Shown in pieces: positions 23,331 to 31,326 of a stretch of DNA of 64,000 nt. The translations under genes and the position numbers were made by a program. This DNA comes from an uncultured Acidobacteriota bacterium (GTDB taxonomy: Bacteria > Acidobacteriota > Vicinamibacteria > Fen-336): positions 3,136,001 to 3,200,000 of the forward strand of contig OY970399.1 in NCBI GenBank assembly GCA_963720545.1. Reading direction: 5' to 3'. Positions within the stretch are counted from its first letter, which is position 1. Each line of letters starts with the position of its first letter. Under the pieces are notes generated by a model. The model saw only the letters and a program-made list of their open reading frames with translations. It was not told the origin of the DNA and made no database searches.

Positions 23331-23358
23331 GATTAACTGTGTCCGGACACAGTAACAA
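23331..23358. repeat. 28-bp direct repeat copy 1 with 18-bp perfect palindrome core
   Basis: GATTAACTGTGTCCGGACACAGTAACAA; core ACTGTGTCCGGACACAGT at 23336-23353. Confidence 0.92.
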
Positions 23359-23894
23359 TGCATTCACGGAGCAAGCGCGCAGCGGCCGGGGCCATCTTCG
23401 TCGTGGTTGGCGGCCTGTTTCTCCTTTGGCGGGCATGCTGCGCCGGTGTTGCGTGTCGAACGGCGCTTGTGGTCCCCGACCTGCCGCCATATCGGGAAGA
23501 ACTCTCAGCAGCACGATCTGGCAGGCGCATCCACGATGCGAGCGTGCCGCACGCCGTCCCCGCCTATGGGGGCGAGGGCGACGACGTTGAATTCTCGCCC
23601 GACGGAATGTTCGCAGCGGTTTCATTGAGGGCGAGGCTGTACGCCGCCGGGCGCGAGTCGACCCACACGGTCAACGTGTGGGATCGACGCAAAGGCACAC
23701 GCACCGACGTCGTTGCTATTGGCGAAGCTGATCCGGGTTCCGGAGCCTCGCACGACTACAAGTGGTCGCGAGATTCTCGCGCGCTCTTGATCTACGGAAC
23801 AGGAGTGCTGTGGCCGGAATCGGATTGGCGGGAGCTGTGCCTCATTTACTTGCCGGAGACGAGTCAACTGGACCGAATCGAGCCGTGCCGCTGA
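23358..23894 (+). CDS. Membrane-anchored hypothetical protein with TolB/WD40-like blade motifs (cassette cargo)
   Basis: N-terminal TM segment, FSPDG and WSRDS motifs, more A/T-ending codons than neighbours, fills the space between the two direct repeats. Confidence 0.65.
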   Translation: MHSRSKRAAAGAIFVVVGGLFLLWRACCAGVACRTALVVPDLPPYREELSAARSGRRIHDASVPHAVPAYGGEGDDVEFSPDGMFAAVSLRARLYAAGRESTHTVNVWDRRKGTRTDVVAIGEADPGSGASHDYKWSRDSRALLIYGTGVLWPESDWRELCLIYLPETSQLDRIEPCR

Positions 23895-23899
23895 GGGTC

Positions 23900-23927
23900 G
23901 ATTCACTGTGTCCGGACACAGTAGCAA
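23900..23927. repeat. 28-bp direct repeat copy 2 with 18-bp perfect palindrome core
   Basis: GATTCACTGTGTCCGGACACAGTAGCAA; 26/28 identical to copy 1; core at 23905-23922. Confidence 0.92.
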
Positions 23928-23940
23928 CGACCGTTGTCAA

Positions 23941-24185
23941 CAACGAACGTTGTCGCAAGCGCCTGGGAAACGGACAAAAGGAAATCGACGGATTGGGCGG
24001 GGACAGCCAGCCAATTCGTCGATAGCGTAACGACCGTTGTCGCAAGCGCCTGGGAAACGGCCAAAAGGAAATCGACGAATTGGGCGGGGACGAGACAGCC
24101 AATTCGTCGATAGCTGGCAAGCGCCTGGGAAACGGACAAAAGGAAATCGACGGATTGGACGGGGACAGCCAGCCAATCCGTCGAT
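23941..24185. repeat. Right arm of REP/BIME-like hairpin array (three tandem units, inverted relative to the left arm)
   Basis: Units GCAAGCGCCTGGGAAACGGMCAAAAGGAA plus hairpin at 23984-24023, 24071-24111 and 24146-24185; periods 87 and 75 bp. Confidence 0.92.
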
Positions 24186-24187
24186 GA

Positions 24188-25021
24188 TTACGGTTCAGCC
24201 GCTTCCTTGGCGATGAGTTGCGCAAGCGCGGCCATCAGGCGGCGGGTGAGCGGGCCGGGGGCGCCGGTGCCGAGCGTGACGGCGTCGATGGCGACGACCG
24301 GCAGGATTTCGCGCGACACGCTGGTGATGAAGGCTTCGCTCAAGTGCTTCAGGTCGGCGAGGGACACCGGGTGTTCATCGATCGGCAGCACCGTCGCGGC
24401 GACTTCGAGGACGAGGCTGCGGGTGACTCCCTTGAGGACGCGGTCGCCTTCGGTGCGCAGCGTGCCATCGAGGATCGCGAAGAAGTTGCTGCTCAGGCCT
24501 TCCAGGATCTGGCCGTCGCGGTCCGCCATCAAGCCTTCGTGGATGTCCTTGCCCAGCGACTCTCGTGCCGCGTGTGCCGCCGACAGGAAGCGCGTGTCCT
24601 TCGCGTGCGGGTCGTCGCGGTGCAGTTGCACCGTGGCGCAGCGGACTCCCTGCTCATAGAGGGCGGCGTCGAGAGGGGTAAACGGTTCGATGCCGATGAA
24701 GAAACGCTTCGGCGACGGAGAGAAGGTGAGGCGCAGGCGCGACTCGCCGTCGCGGCCGGCCAGCAGATCGGCCAGCGCTCGACGCACGGCCGAGTGGTCG
24801 AGGGTCGCGGGCTGTCCCAGGACCCAGACCGACTCCTCCAGACGGCGCAGGTGCTGGTCGAGGCGCAGGATTCGCGATCCGTCGTAGGTGCGGAAGGTCG
24901 TGTAGGCGCCGGGGGGAAGGAGTTTCGCCGCGGCGTCGACCGAGCACGTTCCGAGGTTGGCCTCGAGCAGTCCAGTCGCGGTCAGCTCGAATGTGCCGCT
25001 TTGTGAATTTCCCTTATACAT
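24188..25021 (-). CDS. Aminotransferase class IV (IlvE/PabC/D-amino-acid aminotransferase family)
   Basis: YTTFRTY, HLRRL, ILEGLSSNFF, LKGVTR, EAFITS. Confidence 0.88.
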   Translation of the reverse strand: MYKGNSQSGTFELTATGLLEANLGTCSVDAAAKLLPPGAYTTFRTYDGSRILRLDQHLRRLEESVWVLGQPATLDHSAVRRALADLLAGRDGESRLRLTFSPSPKRFFIGIEPFTPLDAALYEQGVRCATVQLHRDDPHAKDTRFLSAAHAARESLGKDIHEGLMADRDGQILEGLSSNFFAILDGTLRTEGDRVLKGVTRSLVLEVAATVLPIDEHPVSLADLKHLSEAFITSVSREILPVVAIDAVTLGTGAPGPLTRRLMAALAQLIAKEAAEP

Positions 25022-25054
25022 AAACCCAATAGTAACAACATGTTAGTCGCCATT

Positions 25055-25085
25055 ATTGACAGGAAGGCACTCAAGTTCCTACTCT
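25055..25085 (+). promoter_or_regulatory. Sigma70 promoter overlapped by a HAIR-like HspR operator
   Basis: TTGACA (25056-25061), 18 nt, TACTCT (25080-25085). ATTGACA-N7-ACTCAAG compared with the HAIR consensus CTTGAGT-N7-ACTCAAG. Confidence 0.7.
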
Positions 25086-25098
25086 AGTCGGGTACCCC

Positions 25099-26157
25099 AT
25101 GGCCCACGACGTCGATTATTACGAGCTGCTGAGCGTGCGTCGCTCTGCCAGCGGCACCGAAATCAAGCGGGCTTTCCGCAAGCGCGCACGCCTCTATCAT
25201 CCCGATCTCAACCCCGGCGATCCAGTGGCGGCACAGCGCTTCCAGGCGATCGCGATGGCGTTCGAGATCCTCTCCGATCCCGACCGGCGGCAGCGCTACG
25301 ACCGCGGCGAGAAGACGGTGACGCCGTCGGTGCACAGCCCCAACGTCGAGTTTCACGGCTTCGACTTCGTCGCCGGCGGGCAGGCGCCGGCCGGCAGCAT
25401 CCGCGACCTGTTCAGCGACCATGCCGCGCGCAAGCCGATCAACCGCGGCGACGACATCACGCAGACCGCGCACCTGACGTTCGACGAGGCGTTCCGGGGC
25501 ACGAGCCGCACCCTCGACGTGGTGCGCATGGACCACTGCCCGGCGTGCGAAGGTGCCGGCGAGATCGCGAGCGAGCCGCGGCCCTGTGCCACCTGCAAGG
25601 GGCGCGGGGCACTGCAGGTGAAGCGCGGCCGGCTGGTGTTTTCGCGGCGCTGCGGCTCCTGCGGCGGCACCGGCATGCGCTCGCTCACCACCTGCGGCAG
25701 CTGCGGCGGCGACGGCCGCGTGGTGCGCAGCGAACAGATCGCCCTGCAGGTGCCGCCCGGCACGCGCGGCGGCAGCCGGCTGCGTCTCACCGGCATGGGC
25801 CACGCCGGACTCGGCGGCGCGCCGCCGGGCGACTTCGTGCTGGCGATCGACGTCGCGCCCGATCCGGTGTTTCGCACCGAAGGCGACGACCTGGTAGCCG
25901 CGGTGTCGGTGTCCGCCATCGACGCGGCGCTTGGCGCACGCGTGGACGCGCCCACCCCCGACGGCCCGCTGACGATCGAGATTCCCGCCGGTACGCAGAA
26001 CGCGCAGCGCTTCCGCCTGCGCAAGCGCGGCCTGCCGCGGCCCGGCGACGACGCCCGCGACGACCTGTTCGTCGAGGTGCGGGTGCAGGTGCCGCGGGTC
26101 GTGGACGACCGCTGCCGTGCGCTGCTCGAAGAATTCCGCCGGTTGAACGAGGAGTAG
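25099..26157 (+). CDS. dnaJ: DnaJ family chaperone
   Basis: J domain with HPD, four CxxCxGxG repeats, DnaJ C-terminal domain. Confidence 0.88.
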   Translation: MAHDVDYYELLSVRRSASGTEIKRAFRKRARLYHPDLNPGDPVAAQRFQAIAMAFEILSDPDRRQRYDRGEKTVTPSVHSPNVEFHGFDFVAGGQAPAGSIRDLFSDHAARKPINRGDDITQTAHLTFDEAFRGTSRTLDVVRMDHCPACEGAGEIASEPRPCATCKGRGALQVKRGRLVFSRRCGSCGGTGMRSLTTCGSCGGDGRVVRSEQIALQVPPGTRGGSRLRLTGMGHAGLGGAPPGDFVLAIDVAPDPVFRTEGDDLVAAVSVSAIDAALGARVDAPTPDGPLTIEIPAGTQNAQRFRLRKRGLPRPGDDARDDLFVEVRVQVPRVVDDRCRALLEEFRRLNEE

Positions 26158-26162
26158 CTTCG

Positions 26163-26609
26163 ATGGCAAGGCGACGGCGATCGGCACGGCCGGGCGAGGA
26201 GGCGCCGAACGCGCCGCAGACTGGCGGCAAGTACTTCATGATCAGCGTGGTCTCCAGCCGCTATGACATCCATCCGCAGACGCTGCGCCTCTACGAGCGC
26301 GAGGGCCTGCTGCGCCCGTCGCGCACCGAAGGCAACACCCGGCTCTATTCCGAGGACGACCTCAAGCAGCTGGAGCTGATCCTCAACCTGACGCGCGAAC
26401 TGGGCGTCAACATCGCGGGCGTCGAGATCGTCCTCAACATGCGCCGCAAGATGGAAGAGATGCAGCGCGAGATGAACGAGTTCGTGCAGGTGGTCGAAGG
26501 CGAACTGCGGCGTCCCGACCAGGACGGCTGGCGCGAGCGCTTCGAACAGGCGCTCGTCAAGCTGCCGCCGGGGCCCATCGTGCGCACGCCCGGCCGCACA
26601 GACGAATAG
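26163..26609 (+). CDS. hspR: MerR-family heat-shock repressor HspR-like
   Basis: MISVV..IHPQTLRLYEREGLLRPSRTEGNTRLYS..LGVNIAGVE; directly follows dnaJ. Confidence 0.85.
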   Translation: MARRRRSARPGEEAPNAPQTGGKYFMISVVSSRYDIHPQTLRLYEREGLLRPSRTEGNTRLYSEDDLKQLELILNLTRELGVNIAGVEIVLNMRRKMEEMQREMNEFVQVVEGELRRPDQDGWRERFEQALVKLPPGPIVRTPGRTDE

Positions 26610-26621
26610 AATCGTTTCATC

Positions 26622-27527
26622 ATGGCTATGGCGTCGCGCCCGCGGGCCCGCAAGGCCCGTGCGGGTTCGAAGGAATCGCGCGATGCCGGCCGCGGCGCCG
26701 CCATCGGCGACAGCCTCGCTGCCTACATGCGCGAGATCGCCAAGTTCGAGCCGCTGCCAAGCGACGAAGAGAAAAGCCTCGGCAGGAAGATCCAGGCGGG
26801 CGACGAAGCCGCGCTCAACAAGCTCGTCGAATCGAACCTGCGCTTCGTCGTCTCCTATGCGAAGCGCTACCGGGGCCTGGGCCTCTCGTTCCTCGACCTG
26901 ATCCACGAGGGCAACCTCGGGCTCATCGAGGCGGCGAAGCGCTTCGACCCGGAACGCAACGTGCGCTTCATTTCCTACGCCGTCTGGTGGGTCCGCCAGG
27001 CGATCTTCCACGGCCTCGCCGAGCACAGCCGCATGTTCCGCCTGCCGGAGAAGGTCTCGGGCCAGGTGTCGAAGGTGGGTTCGGTGCGTGACCGGCTGGC
27101 CGCGGAGCTGGAGCGCCAGCCGACCAACGAGGAAGTGGCGAAGGAGGCGGAGCTCACCGAGGCCGACGTCGAGAGGCTGCTGCGCGTGGCGGGCGAGGGG
27201 TTGTCGCTGTCCACCGAGGTGGGCGAGGACGGCAATATGGAGCTTGGCGACCTGATCGAACAGGACACCATCCCGCCGATCGAGATCGAGATGATCCGCG
27301 ACTCGTTCACCCGCCAGATCAAGCAGCTGCTCGAGGTGCTGGACGACAAGGAACGCGAGGTCATGCGCATGCGCTTCGGCCTCGACGGCGAAGACCCGCG
27401 GAACCTGCGCGAGATCGGCGAGTTGCTGGGCCTGTCGCGGGAACGCGTCCGCCAGATCGAAAGCAAGGCGAAGGAGAAGTTGCGCCGCAACGAAACGACC
27501 AAGGGCCTGCGCGGCTACCTGACATAA
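26622..27527 (+). CDS. RNA polymerase sigma-70 factor, RpoD/RpoS-like (short, no region 1.1)
   Basis: NLRFVVSYAKRY, DLIHEGNLGL, SYAVWWVRQAI, LSRERVRQIE. Confidence 0.93.
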   Translation: MAMASRPRARKARAGSKESRDAGRGAAIGDSLAAYMREIAKFEPLPSDEEKSLGRKIQAGDEAALNKLVESNLRFVVSYAKRYRGLGLSFLDLIHEGNLGLIEAAKRFDPERNVRFISYAVWWVRQAIFHGLAEHSRMFRLPEKVSGQVSKVGSVRDRLAAELERQPTNEEVAKEAELTEADVERLLRVAGEGLSLSTEVGEDGNMELGDLIEQDTIPPIEIEMIRDSFTRQIKQLLEVLDDKEREVMRMRFGLDGEDPRNLREIGELLGLSRERVRQIESKAKEKLRRNETTKGLRGYLT

Positions 27528-27531
27528 GCTC

Positions 27532-28308
27532 ATGACCCCCATGTGCGAGGACTGCGGCGGCACCGGCTTCGTCTACGTCGAGCGCAACGGCGTGACCTTC
27601 GCGCAGCCGTGCACCTGCCGGGCGCGCGTGCCGGTGAGCGGCGAGGACGCGTTCCTGAAGCTGACCCGCATCCCGCCGCGCTACCAGCACTGTTCGTTCG
27701 CCAACTTCGAGGCGTTCACCGCGCCGCTCGCCTCGGCGCTCGAGAAGTGCCTGCTGTACTGCTCCGGCTACCCGCACAGCGGCGTCACCGACCAGGGGCT
27801 CGGCCTGCTGATGAGCGGCGACAACGGCGTCGGCAAGACCCACCTGGCGGTGGCGGTGCTGCGCGAGCTGATGCAGAACAGCGGCGCCCGCGGCCAGTTC
27901 TGGGACTTCCACGCGCTGCTGCGCGAGATCCGCAACTCGTACAACCCCGAGACCCGCACCACCGAGCTGCAGGTGCTCGAGCCGGTGGTGGAGGCCGACA
28001 TCCTGCTGCTCGACGACCTCGGCGCGTGGCGCATGACCGACTGGATGGTGGACACGCTCTTCTACATCCTCAACAGTCGCTACATGGCGAAGCGGCCGAC
28101 GCTCATCACCACCAACTTCCAGGACGTCACCGCCGAGGAAGCCGCGCGCAAGGACCCCAACGAGCGCAAGGAGTTCCTGGTGGAGCGCGTCGGCCAGCGG
28201 GTGCGCTCGCGCATCATGGAGATGTGCCTCGTCATCAGGATGAACGGCCAGGACTACCGGCAGGTGCGGCAGACGTCGAACCAGGAGCTGCTGCTGCGGC
28301 GGTCGTGA
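27532..28308 (+). CDS. DnaC/DnaI/IstB-like AAA+ ATPase with N-terminal Zn-binding motif
   Basis: CEDCGGTG...CTC, Walker A GDNGVGKT, Walker B LLLDDLG, ITTN. Confidence 0.85.
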   Translation: MTPMCEDCGGTGFVYVERNGVTFAQPCTCRARVPVSGEDAFLKLTRIPPRYQHCSFANFEAFTAPLASALEKCLLYCSGYPHSGVTDQGLGLLMSGDNGVGKTHLAVAVLRELMQNSGARGQFWDFHALLREIRNSYNPETRTTELQVLEPVVEADILLLDDLGAWRMTDWMVDTLFYILNSRYMAKRPTLITTNFQDVTAEEAARKDPNERKEFLVERVGQRVRSRIMEMCLVIRMNGQDYRQVRQTSNQELLLRRS

Positions 28309-29468
28309 CACCCGACGCCGGATCCGGCCTCGGCCTGTACGTTCACGTCCCGTTCTGCGAAGTGAAGTGCAGCTACTGCCACTTCGCCATCGACCCTGGG
28401 CTGCCCTCGGGCGCGCGGCAGGAGCGCTACGCCGATGCCGTGCTGCTCGAGATGCAGCGGCGCGCTGCCACAGCGCCGCCGCCGCGAGACGGCGCGGCCG
28501 ACACCTTGTATTTCGGCGGCGGGACGCCGTCGCTCCTCGGCGCTCCGCACCTCGGCGCGATGGTGCAGCGGGCCCGCGACCTGTTCGCACTTCGGCCCTC
28601 GGCCGAGGTCACGATCGAAGCCAACCCCAGGGATCTCGACGATGCCGGCTATGCGGCGCTGCGCGCCGCCGGCGCCACCCGCCTCAGCATCGGACTGCAG
28701 CACTTCGATCCCGAGGTGCTGCGCGCGATGGGCCGGGCACATACCGCCGCCGACAACGCGGCGTCGTTCGCGTCGGCACGCCGCGCCGGTTTCGACAACA
28801 TCTCGATAGACCTCATCCTCGGCTGGCCAGGCGAGACCGAGGCGCGCTGGCGGCACACGCTCGAGAGCGCCCTGTCCCTGGCACCCGAGCACGTGAGCCT
28901 CTACATCCTCGAAGTGGACGGCCGCAACGTCCTGGCTCATCAGGAGCGCGCCGGCACCTTGCTGCTGCCCGACGACGACCTGGTGGCCGACCTGTACCTC
29001 GCCGCTGTCGCGCGGCTCGGCGCCGCCGGCATCGCCCGTTACGAGATCTCGAACTTCGCGCGCCCCGGACGCGAGTCGCGGCACAACGCCCGGTACTGGG
29101 CCGATCGCGAGTTCCTCGGCTTCGGGCTCTCGGCCCACAGTTATGTGGCTTTGCGCCGCTCGTGGAACGAGCCGACCTTCGGGCGGTACATGGCTGCGAT
29201 CGACGGCGGCGGAACCGGGGAAGCGGGCGCGCGCGAGCCGAGCGCCAGCGAGCGTCTCGGCGAGGCTCTCTTCACCGGCCTGCGCCGCACTGACGGCATC
29301 GACCTCGCCACCTTCGGCGAGCGCTATGGCGTCGACGTGCTCGCCGCGTATCGCGGCCCGTTCGCGGACGCCTTTGCCGCGGGCCTGCTGGAACACGTGG
29401 ACGGCCGGCTGCGCCTCACCGACAAAGGCGTGCTGCTCTCGAACGAGGTGTTTCAACGTTGCGTTTGA
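28305..29468 (+). CDS. hemW: Radical SAM heme chaperone HemW
   Basis: LYVHVPFCEVKCSYCHF, YFGGGTPS, YEISNFA, HNARYW. Confidence 0.9.
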   Translation: MTPDAGSGLGLYVHVPFCEVKCSYCHFAIDPGLPSGARQERYADAVLLEMQRRAATAPPPRDGAADTLYFGGGTPSLLGAPHLGAMVQRARDLFALRPSAEVTIEANPRDLDDAGYAALRAAGATRLSIGLQHFDPEVLRAMGRAHTAADNAASFASARRAGFDNISIDLILGWPGETEARWRHTLESALSLAPEHVSLYILEVDGRNVLAHQERAGTLLLPDDDLVADLYLAAVARLGAAGIARYEISNFARPGRESRHNARYWADREFLGFGLSAHSYVALRRSWNEPTFGRYMAAIDGGGTGEAGAREPSASERLGEALFTGLRRTDGIDLATFGERYGVDVLAAYRGPFADAFAAGLLEHVDGRLRLTDKGVLLSNEVFQRCV

Positions 29469-29497
29469 GTCGCATACAATTTTCGCCTGACATCCCG

Positions 29498-30829
29498 GTG
29501 CGATTACATCTCTGCCTGATCCTCGCCTTGACGGCCGTCGCCTGCGGCTCGGACCCCGCCGACCAGGAAACGCCGGATGCGGCGCGTGAGACGTCCACGG
29601 CGCCATCGGAATGGCCGATGTACGGGCACGACGCGTCGCGCACCTGCTACAACCCCGACGAACGTGCGATCACGGCCGGCAACCTCGCGAACCTCGCGCA
29701 GCGCTTCACCGCCGACCTCGGCAATGGGCGCGTGCCCTCGTCGAGCGGCCCGGTGGTCGCGGCGGGCCGCGTGTGCACCGGCAGCAGCGTCGCCACGGGA
29801 CCGAACTACTTCTGCTTCGACGCCACCAGCGGCTCGCTTCTGTGGAGCGCCGACCTCGGCCGGCTGCCTCCGGACAAGGCCGATGTCGGCATCGGCTCGA
29901 CAGCGGTCATCGCCTCTGGCGCGCTCGCGATAGGCGGCGGCGACGCCGCCTACTACCTGCTCGACGCCGCCACCGGTGCCGTGCGCTGGCGCCACGAGAT
30001 GGGTGCCGCACCCGACCCGTTCGCCTGGTCGTCGCCGCTCATCGCCAACGGCCGCGTCTACGTCGGCATCTCGGCGCACTATGAAGGCGTCGAAGGCGAG
30101 CTGCGCGCGCTGAACCTCGACGACGGCAGCATCGCGGCGCGCCGCCAGTTCGTGCCGGCGGGGCAGCGCGGCGCCGACATCTGGAATTCGCCGGCCCTCA
30201 GCCCGGACGGCAGCACCGTGCTGGTCGCGACCGGCAACGATTACGGCGGCTACGACGGGCCGTACGGCCGAGCGATGCTCGCGCTCGACCCGCTGACGCT
30301 CGAGGTGCGCGACGTGCGCCAGGAAGCGACGGCAAACCAGGACCTCGACTTCGGCACGACACCCGTCGTCTTCCGCGACGCCGCCGGCCGCGTGCTGGTG
30401 GGCGCCAACAGCAAGAACGGCACCTTCTACGCGTACGCGCTCGGCGCGCTTCACGACGGGCCGGTGTGGACGCGGGTGACGGGGCTGTCTGCCGGCGCCA
30501 TGCCCGGCTACGACCCGAACACCGGCAGCGGCGGCACGCTCTTCATCGTCGGCGACAACGGCTTGCTGTTCGGCGTCGACCCGGCGACCGGCGCCGACCG
30601 CTTCCCGCCGGTAGCGGTCGGTTTCACCACCGGCGGCCTGGCGCTCGCGAACGGCCTGGTGTTCGTCAACGTCGGCGGCGCCCTGCGCATCCTGGCCGCC
30701 GACAGCGGCCGCGTGCTGCGCACCCTGCAGCCGCCGGCGATCGGGCGCAACTTCAGCGGCCCGGCCGTAGCGAACGGCCGTGTCTACTGGGCTGCCGCCG
30801 GCATCCTCAACTCGTGGGGACTGCCGTGA
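29498..30829 (+). CDS. PQQ-like beta-propeller lipoprotein
   Basis: Lipobox LTAVAC, WPMYGHD, repeated D-A-x-T-G-x-x-x-W motifs, WNSPA. Confidence 0.8.
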   Translation: MRLHLCLILALTAVACGSDPADQETPDAARETSTAPSEWPMYGHDASRTCYNPDERAITAGNLANLAQRFTADLGNGRVPSSSGPVVAAGRVCTGSSVATGPNYFCFDATSGSLLWSADLGRLPPDKADVGIGSTAVIASGALAIGGGDAAYYLLDAATGAVRWRHEMGAAPDPFAWSSPLIANGRVYVGISAHYEGVEGELRALNLDDGSIAARRQFVPAGQRGADIWNSPALSPDGSTVLVATGNDYGGYDGPYGRAMLALDPLTLEVRDVRQEATANQDLDFGTTPVVFRDAAGRVLVGANSKNGTFYAYALGALHDGPVWTRVTGLSAGAMPGYDPNTGSGGTLFIVGDNGLLFGVDPATGADRFPPVAVGFTTGGLALANGLVFVNVGGALRILAADSGRVLRTLQPPAIGRNFSGPAVANGRVYWAAAGILNSWGLP

Positions 30830-31320
30830 GCAAGCTGCTGCCGGTCGCTGCGCTCGCGTGCACCCTCTGCGCCTGCGGCGCCGACCCGGAGCCGCTCGCG
30901 ACCACCGCGGACAGCGCCGCGACCACCATGCAGCAAAGCGCGACGTTCGCGATGACGGTGGAGCCGACCGCCTTCAGCGTCGCGGCCGGGACGCCGCCGC
31001 CGCTGAGCGCGGCGTGGAACGTGGTGCTGCGCGAAACCAGCGGCCGCGTCGCCGGCAAGGTGAACTTCATCAACGCCACCATCCGCGACGCCCAGAGCGG
31101 CGCAGTCGCCGAGCCCGGGCACATCGTGCTCGACGCGGCCGCGATCGCCGCCGCTGCCGGCAGCAACCGCATCGCCGCCGGCGGCACGCTCGTGGTGCCC
31201 TTCAGCTTCCGGTTCTCGCTCTGGTCCGGCGGCAAGGCCGCCGTGGTGTCGATCGCCGCCGAATGCGAGGACGACACCGGCGCGGCGCAGACGACACTCG
31301 CCCAGGCCGACCTGCGCTAG
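30826..31320 (+). CDS. Hypothetical lipoprotein
   Basis: GTGA overlap with the upstream gene; lipobox-like LCAC. Confidence 0.6.
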   Translation: MSKLLPVAALACTLCACGADPEPLATTADSAATTMQQSATFAMTVEPTAFSVAAGTPPPLSAAWNVVLRETSGRVAGKVNFINATIRDAQSGAVAEPGHIVLDAAAIAAAAGSNRIAAGGTLVVPFSFRFSLWSGGKAAVVSIAAECEDDTGAAQTTLAQADLR

Positions 31321-31326
31321 CGCCGT

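Noticed and set aside
23331..23927. Classical integron cassette or dif module
   Set aside because: No attC core sites, no intI, and no XerC/XerD arm consensus in the 28-bp repeat.
23941..24185. CRISPR array
   Set aside because: Units are near-identical along their whole length with no unique spacers, periods are irregular (87 and 75 bp), and there are no cas genes.
23116..24225. Short ORFs translated from the repeat arms (23116-23355, 23842-24225, 23903-24139, 23937-24176)
   Set aside because: They are repetitive translations of the hairpin units with no independent coding signal.
25056..26609. 517-aa ORF and 641-aa ORF (27543-29468) as full-length proteins
   Set aside because: Only their 3' parts (hspR from 26163, hemW from 28305) carry motifs. 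The upstream parts overlap dnaJ and the DnaC-like gene.
27532..28308. IS21 element (istB) or prophage replication module
   Set aside because: No istA, terminal inverted repeats or phage genes; the gene is coupled to housekeeping genes.
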